In this document: in pieces, positions 19,409 through 28,779 of the stretch
How the letters are laid out: every line of letters begins with the position of its first letter
Numbering within the stretch: position 1 is the stretch's first letter
Notes under the pieces: model-generated
What the model was told of the DNA's origin: nothing
Databases searched by the model: none
The model's input: only the letters and a program-made list of their open reading frames with translations
Assembly: GCA_022828145.1 (NCBI GenBank)
Contig: JAJEJA010000121.1
Span: 1,968 to 65,967 of the forward strand
DNA: 64,000 bases
Reading direction: 5' to 3'
Source: Candidatus Poribacteria bacterium
GTDB taxonomy: Bacteria > Poribacteria > WGA-4E > WGA-3G
Program-made: the position numbers and the translations under genes

Positions 19409-20088
19409 AATTTAATAAATCCACTCAATTTCTGCAACAATCTTTTGTGTGTCTCTTCTGGGATCTCGCCAAGAATACCGCGTACATCTTTTTTCCGGAC
19501 CAGACTTAGATAACCGAGTCGAATCACAGATAGGTAGCGAAGGTGTGTTTCAGGAAATTCATCTGGATCAATAATTTCGTCAAATTCATCAACAACGTAA
19601 GCCTGCCTACCATCATAACGACTAATACCACAAACAAGAAATTCATTGTAACCCTTTTCAGGTAACTGTCTCAGACAAATTGCGGGTGTAAGTTTTACTG
19701 TAGCTTTTCCATCATAACCGATCCCTTTTCTATAGGTTTCTATTGTCTTTTTAATCAATCCTTGCCGTTCATATAGGGAACCTAATAGCAGACAAATATC
19801 TGGACACTTCTGCCTCTGTAATGCCTTTTCAAGGATCTTTGTTGCTTTGGAAAGTTTACCTTGTTTCTCATATAACACAGCTAAGGATGTGTAAAAGCGT
19901 ATATCAGGTGGATACTTCGTATCCATTTGAGGTATTAAAGACTCACGTGATTTTACGCTATACGATACTTCGGTAGGAGTTAATTTTTCTACCTCTACCT
20001 TACGTCTAAAGTAGGATGTACATCGATCAACATAATCTTGGGGGTTTTCTAAATTGGCAAGAATTATGTGCCTCTTTTTAATTTCCAA
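19405..20088 (-). CDS. Hypothetical protein with a short TPR-like segment, translationally coupled to the downstream TPR gene by a 4-nt overlap
   Basis: ORF with LAVLYEKQGKLSKATKILEKAL / LGSLYERQGLIKKTIETYRKGI. The stop overlaps the start of the TPR gene. Confidence 0.55.
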   Translation of the reverse strand: MEIKKRHIILANLENPQDYVDRCTSYFRRKVEVEKLTPTEVSYSVKSRESLIPQMDTKYPPDIRFYTSLAVLYEKQGKLSKATKILEKALQRQKCPDICLLLGSLYERQGLIKKTIETYRKGIGYDGKATVKLTPAICLRQLPEKGYNEFLVCGISRYDGRQAYVVDEFDEIIDPDEFPETHLRYLSVIRLGYLSLVRKKDVRGILGEIPEETHKRLLQKLSGFIKL

Positions 20089-20171
20089 GAATTGTGTCCC
20101 CCTCTATATTATCCTACCTTGTTACGGACCCGCGAAGCAACCCTCATTCGAATTCCTTTTCATAGATAAGA

Positions 20172-20951
20172 CTATTCGTATTCCCATTCTTCGCTAGCAT
20201 CTTCATAATCGGGATTTACCGCAATAAGCATGTCAAGCGTATACTCAGGATCAGCATCGTTGCATGCTGTCTCAGGATTTTCCATCTCCGTAGGTTGCTT
20301 CGCATACCATAAAATATCAGCATCGTTGCATGCTGTCTCAGGATTACTATCAGGCAAAGACAATCTATATCCCCATTCTTCGCTAGCATCTTCATAATCG
20401 GGATTTACCGCAATAAGCATATCAAGCGTATACTCGGCTTCGTCACGCGTAAGTTCTTCTTTCATATTAAATTCCTCCCCACATTTCTCAATGAGGTCGC
20501 TAATGAAATCCATCAATGGGGCTAAGAAGTGGTTTTCGTTTTTACCAATAACACCAATTAACTTGTCCAATGATGCAACAAGTCGCTGATGATCATCCGC
20601 TGTCAATGAAGTTAAGAGTTGATCTTCAGTGACACCAGCTAACGAGTCAATGGCTGCTAAAAGCAATTGGGGAAATCCATCCGCTTTGCGAATTGACAAC
20701 ATTGAATTAGGATTATCAAGCTTAGGTGGTGCCTGTTTTCGGGATCTATGCCCTCTGAATCCACTAACACTTTCGCCTACATTTCCAAATTCATAAACGT
20801 TCTCATGTGTCGGTACATGTGGTGTAAGTGGTATCTTGTGCAACAGATCACCTCCAAAAGGCGCTCTGTTTGTCCTCTCAGAGACACTTATAAATTCATT
20901 TGTAGCTGCCATCAGCGAACTATATTTAACGTATTGTCTTTCGTCTAACAT
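20172..20951 (-). CDS. Hypothetical acidic protein containing a very recent internal tandem duplication of about 190 bp
   Basis: DNA 20181-20250 and 20371-20440 are about 97% identical. 20253-20281 and 20316-20344 are also duplicated. The protein repeats EYTLDMLIAVNPDYEDASEEW and PETACNDAD. Confidence 0.5.
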   Translation of the reverse strand: MLDERQYVKYSSLMAATNEFISVSERTNRAPFGGDLLHKIPLTPHVPTHENVYEFGNVGESVSGFRGHRSRKQAPPKLDNPNSMLSIRKADGFPQLLLAAIDSLAGVTEDQLLTSLTADDHQRLVASLDKLIGVIGKNENHFLAPLMDFISDLIEKCGEEFNMKEELTRDEAEYTLDMLIAVNPDYEDASEEWGYRLSLPDSNPETACNDADILWYAKQPTEMENPETACNDADPEYTLDMLIAVNPDYEDASEEWEYE

Positions 20952-21815
20952 AATTTTCTCTTAAATTTCTACATATTTCGCAAAAATATTTTTGAAGTCT
21001 ATAAGTTAAACAGCGTATCATTAACAATTACGATCTACTGTAACGTAAAACTAACGATGAGGATAACAAGTTACTGCATTCGTGCCAAGAAAATCTGTAA
21101 AAACCACAAGTTTACAGTCAATTATTCTATGAAATATAAAATTGTATCAATATTATACCACGTAACAATTCTGTGTGTCAAGAAAAAGCACAAAAACTAG
21201 ATCTATTGTATTAAAGTTGCTCTCCAACTAAGGATATTATACCATGCGAAAATATCAATGTCAAGAAAAAATCATAACCTATTATATCTCCTTGCACTGG
21301 GATGTAAGTTGGATTGTAATGAGTTGCTGCTACCACACTTCATGACCTACTGCTGGTCCGGTGTCTATTTCACCTGAAGCTGCATGCTCAGGTTCCTGTG
21401 CTAACAGGTCCGCGAGTTTCAAACGCGGAAGATCGGCGGGACGACCTATTTTTTTAAGTCGATGCGGTTTGAGAACAGCATCTGCTAAACTCTTGTCTGT
21501 ATCTAAAGTTTCCATTTCTGTTTTTCACGTTAGAGTCCTCCTTAATCATAAACACTAAACATAAGTCTCAGAAAATGTAAACTTATTGGTTCATGTATAA
21601 TTTAAGTGCGAATATTGTTGAGTTGTGTTATTATTTATTGTATGGATTTCCCTATGCTATCTTTATCTTTAATTGAACGATCCCGCGTATAAATATCAAG
21701 TTTGTTAATGTTGAGTTTATATCAAAACTCGTCTATCGCACTTAATCATAACATGAGTCTTTCAAATTTAATATAGATCTTACAACATCATTTGTAAGAA
21801 TTAAAGGAGCAATCA

Positions 21816-22073
21816 ATGGACAACACAACAATGCGAAACGCAAATACACAGTTAGCAATTGAATTACTAAAACAAACTGTCCTCAATGTTTTACAAGAAT
21901 CAGAAGAACAAGGACAACCATTACTTTCACCTTCGGAAATTTCAAAACAACTTGATATTACCCAAGCTAACGATAACGGTATATCTCGTGCTGTCCTCTC
22001 ATTGCTACGAGACGAAAAACTTGTTGAATGCGTGCTAAGTAGTAATAGAACAAAATATAAGATCCGCAATTGA
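21816..22073 (+). CDS. Small (85 aa) hypothetical protein, possibly a winged-helix DNA-binding regulator. It is divergent from the defense-like operon.
   Basis: AGGAG RBS 6-8 nt upstream of the ATG. An HTH-like SPSEISKQLDITQANDNGISRAVLSLLRDEKLVE segment. No family assignment is possible by eye. Confidence 0.3.
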   Translation: MDNTTMRNANTQLAIELLKQTVLNVLQESEEQGQPLLSPSEISKQLDITQANDNGISRAVLSLLRDEKLVECVLSSNRTKYKIRN

Positions 22074-22214
22074 CGAGGAGACATGAAAGCAGTTGAAAGA
22101 CATTAACATTGAACACATTTCTATAGACAGAATATTACCTAATGTTGAAAATCGCTGAAATCGCTGAATGTGCGGATAAGTGAGTAGTTCTGTGTACAGC
22201 CATCGGAGTCCCGA

Positions 22215-25022
22215 CTATTCTTCCTCAAAACCTTGAGTAGTAAACTTCAAGGTTTTACAATTCTCCGACACAATAACAACTACATTTTCTGGCACACCAT
22301 CCGGCACATTGGCTTGAATATCCATCGTTATTTCAACTTTTGCCCCTGTGAGACTGGTAAGATGCTTCACTACTTCGTCTATAACATTTTGAGCATCTCT
22401 GGCTGCTCGTATCGGATCAAGAGTAACGGATCCGTAAAAACGTTTCGGGGGGACAGTCTGAGTAGGATCGGTTCCAGTTTTATCCTCTGTTTCACCTTTT
22501 GGATCAGTAGAACCTTGATCGCGTTGACCTTTGACAGGGTCTTTTATACCTTGTTCATCTCTTGATTCATCAGTTGCTTGTTCTGTTTCAAGTTGTGCTG
22601 CTGCCACGGCTGGCTTTATCAACACACTTGCTTCATTGATATATATAGAACTACTGACTCTACCGAATTGCAACCCCTTATATTTACCATCGTCGCCAAC
22701 GCTATCTGCGTATCCGAACCATTCCGTTGTTTTGAGTCCCTCTCTGACAGTATTGAGCAGAACACCAGAATCACGTAGACGCGGCATATACAGATACGTC
22801 GCAAGACAATCCCACACGCGCTTGAGACTCACATGAGGTTCGTCTTCTTTCCATAGCCAACGATCCAGTTCCATTTTTAGTAGTGCCGGGGACCATTTGG
22901 TAATTAACTGCTCATCACTTCGGACTTTCTTTACGGCTTTGGTTACCGGATTCTCCTCAGCACCGGAAATGCGGACAATTTCCCATTCTACTGGGTCTGT
23001 GCCTTCTTGTGTTGGCACAAGCAGCCATCTATATGCATCGTTGAGGCGCATACCAACGGTTTCGTTGCACTGATTTTTTCCTTCAGTCGCCTCGCGCCGT
23101 TGATTAGCATCAAGGTTCAGTGCCTCTGAGTCTTGGACAATTGAATCCCACGCGAGGTAGCGACGTGTTTCCTTATCAAGCGATTCCCATTCACCATCAT
23201 CGAGTGCAACGAAGATAAGCATGTTGCTGTAGGTTCTTGGACTATCACCGCGTTTGCTTAAAACCTCTGTTGCAGCTCTGATTGCCTCTGAACTTTGCTG
23301 TCTTGTTTTATGTCCACTTGCAGGTGATAGAATTACCAATCTTGTTTCTGATTCATCTGGCACGTCGGTTGATGTAGGGCAAATGTGGACAGCTTTGAAA
23401 TCGCCTCGGTCTCGGACCTGTCGTAAGCGACGGACAATTTCCGCTTCTACTCTCTCAGGTTCTAATTTTGCAGCGCGATCATCCATTGTTCTGCGCAGGT
23501 TAGGATGTGTGTCATACCAGTATCGTTGGGCACGGGAGTAAAGGTGTGTTAGTCTATTTTCCATGTGTTTTTTGGCATCTATAAACACAGAGACAGACTC
23601 ATCGGGGTGTGCAACGCCGAGGTTTATTCGTATCTCCTCAATACCGCGAACATTCTGATCGCTCCCATGCGGTGCGCTGCCCATGAAGATTGCCCGAGCA
23701 ACGTTTTGTGCTGCAGCGTGTTTGCCAAAACGGGTGTTTCCTGCGTCAATTGCGCGTGTTTCGGAATTTGGTCCATCAACGTCTTTGTCTACAACAGCGT
23801 TCCACCCATCAGCGAGATAACGAAGCAATTCTTCTCGAACATTCCGAGCATTTAATGGAATTGAACCCGGTAAAATCAGCCCTGAACGATCATTGTTCGC
23901 CCATAAGTGATGAATAACTGCTGCCATGAGACGCAAGACACCTCGGGTTTTCTGAAAAGTATCAAGCGGTGACCAGTCGTCATAGAGTCTGTCAAAGAGT
24001 TCCGGGTGTATCGGGTACGCTTGACGGAGTCTATCAAGATAAGTTGTTTCGCTGCATTCAGAGGGAAAATCGGAAGGATTGTCATCGTATAACTTGACAA
24101 ATGCCCGACATACCGCATCGCGTGCGGATGTGTCTTTCACTTGTGAGAAAAGTCGTCGTCTAACAATCTCAAATCCTTCGTTAGCACCAACAGGTCTCCA
24201 TATATTTTCAAGTCTTCCGACAATCGCTTCAATTCGCACTAACGCTGCTTGTCCTGCATCGCCTCCGATTTCAATATCAGACTCCGGTATTGATGCGATG
24301 AGTTGGCTACGATCCGAACGTTTGACAGCTTCCGTTAAGGACTGCACAAAAGTTAAATTAGAGTCAAATGTACCCGCAGGCAGGTCGTTATCAACGTAGA
24401 TGTTGCGCGCATAAGCCACCAACTCATCAATGAGGATGACAGCAGGCCCAAATTGGTTGAGAAGTGTCGTTAAATCGTTAGCACCGGGGGCAACGCTTTT
24501 CTCATCCGCCTCTTTTACAATCGCATAACCCTCTTGTCCACCGAGTTGTGCAGCGATATCACCCCAAAGCGTCCGGACATTAACGCCATTGACATCCCGT
24601 GTCACGGTCGGATTGAGATCTGTTCCGACAATAACAGCAATCCGTGCATCAGGTACTTCACTCACCTGTGCTGCACTGAGGATGTGTTCTACCCCTTCCA
24701 TCTGGTCTGGAGTCACCTTTCCACTGAGAAGGTGATACAACGCCAGCATGCTATGCGTTTTACCTCCACCAAACGCTGTTTTGAGCTGGATGATCGGTTC
24801 TCCGCCGTTGCCTGCTAACCGCTCAACTGCGGAGGTAAGGAGTTGTCCCATGCCATCCGTTAAGTAGGTGCGTTCAAAAAATTCTATCGGGTCTTGATAT
24901 TCCGTGTCAGCTGTCCCGGCGACGACCTCTGCCAAGTTAACAGCAAACTCGGCATTATCGTAACGGTCTTCGGCGACGTCTGGATGTGGGGTAACAACTT
25001 CTCTCCAAGGTTTTAGTGCCAC
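22215..25022 (-). CDS. Large P-loop ATPase of the DUF499-like family (defense-island associated)
   Basis: Walker A FGGGKTHSM near the N-terminus. A 935-aa architecture with no other recognisable catalytic motifs. It is located immediately downstream of a DUF1156 methyltransferase and an SNF2 helicase in the same orientation. Confidence 0.65.
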   Translation of the reverse strand: MALKPWREVVTPHPDVAEDRYDNAEFAVNLAEVVAGTADTEYQDPIEFFERTYLTDGMGQLLTSAVERLAGNGGEPIIQLKTAFGGGKTHSMLALYHLLSGKVTPDQMEGVEHILSAAQVSEVPDARIAVIVGTDLNPTVTRDVNGVNVRTLWGDIAAQLGGQEGYAIVKEADEKSVAPGANDLTTLLNQFGPAVILIDELVAYARNIYVDNDLPAGTFDSNLTFVQSLTEAVKRSDRSQLIASIPESDIEIGGDAGQAALVRIEAIVGRLENIWRPVGANEGFEIVRRRLFSQVKDTSARDAVCRAFVKLYDDNPSDFPSECSETTYLDRLRQAYPIHPELFDRLYDDWSPLDTFQKTRGVLRLMAAVIHHLWANNDRSGLILPGSIPLNARNVREELLRYLADGWNAVVDKDVDGPNSETRAIDAGNTRFGKHAAAQNVARAIFMGSAPHGSDQNVRGIEEIRINLGVAHPDESVSVFIDAKKHMENRLTHLYSRAQRYWYDTHPNLRRTMDDRAAKLEPERVEAEIVRRLRQVRDRGDFKAVHICPTSTDVPDESETRLVILSPASGHKTRQQSSEAIRAATEVLSKRGDSPRTYSNMLIFVALDDGEWESLDKETRRYLAWDSIVQDSEALNLDANQRREATEGKNQCNETVGMRLNDAYRWLLVPTQEGTDPVEWEIVRISGAEENPVTKAVKKVRSDEQLITKWSPALLKMELDRWLWKEDEPHVSLKRVWDCLATYLYMPRLRDSGVLLNTVREGLKTTEWFGYADSVGDDGKYKGLQFGRVSSSIYINEASVLIKPAVAAAQLETEQATDESRDEQGIKDPVKGQRDQGSTDPKGETEDKTGTDPTQTVPPKRFYGSVTLDPIRAARDAQNVIDEVVKHLTSLTGAKVEITMDIQANVPDGVPENVVVIVSENCKTLKFTTQGFEEE

Positions 25023-25067
25023 AGTATACCTCCAATTCCAAGTTCTCTTAAAGTAACTTATTTCATT

Positions 25068-27842
25068 TCAAGATTCCGCAGGTAACAGTTCTTGTTGTTC
25101 AGGCAGCTCAGTTATATCCTTACGTTCCGCCTGAATATTTGCCCATGAGGTGACGAGTGTGTTATAAGGAATCGCCTCTTGTGCCCACCCATTACGGTCA
25201 CAGATGGCGTATAGCCGGTAAGCTAAATCACGTGCATTTTCACTCTGTTCACTCCCCAGTTGAAACACTAACCTTGCCGTTTCGGTTTCACCACCCTGGT
25301 CAAGCGCGCGAATTAGGTATTGTGTGCATTTCCATGTATTGAGATCACTATCCGAAGCTGGAGCCCATTCATCTGGATACTCGTTCCGGTTTAGCAAACG
25401 GACTCTTCCAGCGCGGGCATAGAGAACGCCAGATTCTGATATACCTTCTACGCTCGTGTCCCTGGCACGAGCAAGTACATCAGCTTCACCATAACCCGCT
25501 TCTCCCATACCGTACTGTTCAAACCATGAAACACAGAAACGGGTATCTGCATCAAGATCACCGTCCTGTTCGGTGAAATACGCATCAAGTTCTGTGTTGA
25601 TGATTTGCAGTGCAGTGCGGACTTGCATCGGAGTCCCGCATGCTTCAAGGACACTACTGTAACGTGAGAAGATTGCCATACCGGGACCTATTGATGCCTG
25701 TGTTAGGTCAACAGGAGCAATATTTCCTTGCTGTAAGTGTCGGAGTGCAGTTGGGAGTTTACTCCGAAGCTCGGAAATAAATTCACGGCGGGTTGTCACA
25801 CTTGCATCATCGGGGCGCGGGCGGCATACGAGGACAATTGAAGATGCAAGAGCATTAGTATCCATGGCCACTTGACGAGTTTGTGCTTCTGTCCGGATTG
25901 GTAGCGTCCCCGTAATATGAAAACCGGCTTCAAGCAATCCTTCAAGCATTGTCTCCCATCCTGTTGAAGAAATACCTCCATCTTTATTATCTTTTTCAGA
26001 TTGTTTAAAAGCATAGTAGACAGTCATCGGATACTCAGGATGAGCGTGAGTTCGCATGAGATAAAAGGCTTTACTTAAACCTGTCAAGAAGTGTTCTTCT
26101 GCTTTTGACCTATTTCCACCAAAGCGATGAGGATCGGCGACAAGTTCTTCAGTTTTAGGTACGAGCATTAGGTTAAACAAGTTAGGGTAGATATGTCTTA
26201 AACTTCGGCGTAACCAAATGTAAAAGAAGTCCGATAAGTCTGCGTAGCTAACGTTATTGTAGTAAGGTGGGTCTGTGGAAATGAGAAAATGATTGCTTTC
26301 CACATGTATTGAAGCTGCATCTGATTGATTTGTAAAACCAATCTGACCATTGCCTAAGAATGGTAGAGGATCAATCGCGAGCTCTATAGCTCCGGACAGA
26401 TTCCCCGTTGCAGATCCAAAAACATTAGCATCTGCAAAGTCCCATATCATTGCTAAAGATTGTTTTCCAAAAGCTGGCTGTACTTTTTGACCTTTTGAAT
26501 TCCACCTTGCGAATGTATTACAAGTCATTGCTACTCTGTCAATTGCGAATGCTAGATATGTCAATATGGCACCAGCATAAGTTTCTAATTCTTCACAATT
26601 TGCTTTGCTTGCATCTGCTACGACTTGTACTTTCACTTCGTCCAACAAATCGGTAAAGGTAGACAGAGCAGTCAACTGTCGTTGCGTAAACAGATCTGCC
26701 CAGGTAAAAAAACCATACCCCCGACCACTGACTAAAGTTGTCGTATCACGGTTCATTTCGACTTCCGGTGTCCAAGCAGGCTTGGCAGATTCTGCAATTT
26801 TTACGTGGTCTTCCGAGGGAGAAAGATAAATTCGTCCATTTTCTCCGTCAGCAACAATTGCCATCAGTTGTGCATCTATGTGACCTGCGATACTTTCATT
26901 TTTGACGTGTTCTTCGGGGTTATCTTGATGACACACAAGGCAACGGAAACGAGCACCTCTTCCTATTTTCGTAGGTTCAGGAGGCGCACCTTCCCCCATT
27001 TTTACCTTAAATTGTACTTCCTTACTTGCTTTATTCACCAACGGTTCGATCCATGCTTTTTTTCCTTTTTTCTTTGATAGCCAAAAAGAGGTGACAAGTG
27101 GCATCCTGGCCCCACAAACAGGATTATGACATTTCACCCTCCGTGCCCAAATCCATGCAATGACAGTTGCTTCACCGCCACCCTGTTCCTTCGGAACTTT
27201 CACTTTCGGGTAGAGATGTCCGATCCTCTCTTCTGCTTCGTTCCGCATCCACTCTCCGTAATAACGGATGTCTTCCGCCAAACCTGAGGCACCATTCCAG
27301 GTCTGGTTCTGCAGTGAGTTATTTGGCACTTCAGGATTGACTGGAGGTCGTCCTGCAAATTGCTTAGGAATTTCGATCATTGCTTTGGTGATTAACACAG
27401 CAATAGGATTTAGATCGCTAGCATGTACTTCTAAACCAAGACGTTGTGCTTCCAGTGGAATAGATCCAGCACCACAGAATGGATCTAACACTGGTGGCGG
27501 ATTCCCATTTGTTGACTTGAGAATCTCGTTCCGCGCCTCTGATAGAAGATGTTCATTGTCAGTATTTTCCCACTTAATTATTTGTTCAATAATACGGAAA
27601 AGTCGTTTCCTTTCACGATTCTGTTCTAATTCGGTTGGAAATTTGTCAGGGTGACTTGAAGGGTCATCAACAAGCGAAGCGAATAGTATTGCCCGACATG
27701 CTTTCAATGGTCGCCGTGCCCACCAGAGGTGCAGCGTGGTGGGGTGTCCACGGGCAGGACGACCAGATTTCTCGCGTACTGCTTCGCTGTTGATGTCTTC
27801 TAATGGTAATGCTACTTCAATGAGTTTTTTGTGGTCGGACAT
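25068..27842 (-). CDS. DUF1156-family DNA methyltransferase (N6-adenine / N4-cytosine type, DPPY motif) with Zn-ribbon
   Basis: N-terminal hallmark GHPTTLHLWWARRP. SAM-binding DPFCGAGSIP. Catalytic DPPYYNNVSY. Cys clusters (CHNPVCG...CLVCHQD). Confidence 0.85.
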   Translation of the reverse strand: MSDHKKLIEVALPLEDINSEAVREKSGRPARGHPTTLHLWWARRPLKACRAILFASLVDDPSSHPDKFPTELEQNRERKRLFRIIEQIIKWENTDNEHLLSEARNEILKSTNGNPPPVLDPFCGAGSIPLEAQRLGLEVHASDLNPIAVLITKAMIEIPKQFAGRPPVNPEVPNNSLQNQTWNGASGLAEDIRYYGEWMRNEAEERIGHLYPKVKVPKEQGGGEATVIAWIWARRVKCHNPVCGARMPLVTSFWLSKKKGKKAWIEPLVNKASKEVQFKVKMGEGAPPEPTKIGRGARFRCLVCHQDNPEEHVKNESIAGHIDAQLMAIVADGENGRIYLSPSEDHVKIAESAKPAWTPEVEMNRDTTTLVSGRGYGFFTWADLFTQRQLTALSTFTDLLDEVKVQVVADASKANCEELETYAGAILTYLAFAIDRVAMTCNTFARWNSKGQKVQPAFGKQSLAMIWDFADANVFGSATGNLSGAIELAIDPLPFLGNGQIGFTNQSDAASIHVESNHFLISTDPPYYNNVSYADLSDFFYIWLRRSLRHIYPNLFNLMLVPKTEELVADPHRFGGNRSKAEEHFLTGLSKAFYLMRTHAHPEYPMTVYYAFKQSEKDNKDGGISSTGWETMLEGLLEAGFHITGTLPIRTEAQTRQVAMDTNALASSIVLVCRPRPDDASVTTRREFISELRSKLPTALRHLQQGNIAPVDLTQASIGPGMAIFSRYSSVLEACGTPMQVRTALQIINTELDAYFTEQDGDLDADTRFCVSWFEQYGMGEAGYGEADVLARARDTSVEGISESGVLYARAGRVRLLNRNEYPDEWAPASDSDLNTWKCTQYLIRALDQGGETETARLVFQLGSEQSENARDLAYRLYAICDRNGWAQEAIPYNTLVTSWANIQAERKDITELPEQQELLPAES

Positions 27843-27931
27843 GGTGTTTCCTTTGTTTATTTTGGCATATCATAACATAAAAGCGGGAATTGTGAAAGTA
27901 ACGTTTATTTTTGCAACAAGCAGTATAAAAA

Positions 27932-28699
27932 TTATTTAGATTCAGATGGAAACCTTGAACAGACATTACGGATATAAGTATCATAAAACTCTAAATGTTC
28001 TTTTTTAAAACCTCTGTCGGTAAATTCATAATAAGAGCAGGATACAACATAAAATAAAAATACATTTAAAAGTCCTGCAGCAATTTGCCCACGATACTCA
28101 TCTTTATGCTTGCCATGTTTATCAAAACTCCAATATGAATACATCAGAATATTTCCATGGACATGTTCATTACGATAATTAAACATTCTATTTAATCCAT
28201 CATTGGAAATGTTATTATTTAGTTGCTTGTTTATCCCCTGATCTATCTTTTCCTTTCTTGATTTTCCAGACCAAAAATCTCTACCTGGCTTTCCATATTC
28301 CTTTTTAAAATCCTCTTCCATTTGTTTACGGATTTCTTTTTCACTATTTGCAATATCCAGAAAAGCGGAATATCTGTCTGTTACAGATTCGTTAGACTCA
28401 AGAATATAGAAATAATCTATTGTGCAGTCCCAAAGCAGTCTTGCTGAATATTCTATTGAACGAGAAAAATAATGGCTTTCATCATTAAGCAAGGATTCTG
28501 CTAAAACACATATATCATAAGAAGCCTCCCTGGCATCCATGAATAATTTCCGCAATGCAAGTTGTCTATCGCTAACAGGACCAGAAAGCTTGGTTAATTT
28601 AATAGTTTCATCCACTTTTAGAATTAACTTTTTACTATATTTCAATAATTCTTGCAAATCAGAATCAGATAAATTTTTAGCGACATCCTTTCTATACAT
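27932..28699 (-). CDS. AT-rich (about 30% GC) hypothetical gene inserted between the methyltransferase and the helicase. Unknown function, possibly an accessory defense or abortive-infection component.
   Basis: A 255-aa ORF, K/N/Y-rich, with compositional contrast to its neighbours (about 50% GC). No recognisable motifs. Confidence 0.5.
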   Translation of the reverse strand: MYRKDVAKNLSDSDLQELLKYSKKLILKVDETIKLTKLSGPVSDRQLALRKLFMDAREASYDICVLAESLLNDESHYFSRSIEYSARLLWDCTIDYFYILESNESVTDRYSAFLDIANSEKEIRKQMEEDFKKEYGKPGRDFWSGKSRKEKIDQGINKQLNNNISNDGLNRMFNYRNEHVHGNILMYSYWSFDKHGKHKDEYRGQIAAGLLNVFLFYVVSCSYYEFTDRGFKKEHLEFYDTYIRNVCSRFPSESK

Positions 28700-28779
28700 A
28701 TCTTCTCAATCCTGAGTAAATTGAAACTTTATTCAATATTACATGCCTTTTGTTGTCTAAGTTTAGTATGTTTTAATAC

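Noticed and set aside
21330-21515. 61-aa minus-strand ORF in a GC-richer patch of an AT-rich intergenic region
   Set aside because: No convincing RBS (GGAGG is about 21 nt away), no recognisable motif, and it is overlapped by a plus-strand ORF of similar size. It could still be a small protein or ncRNA but is unsupported.
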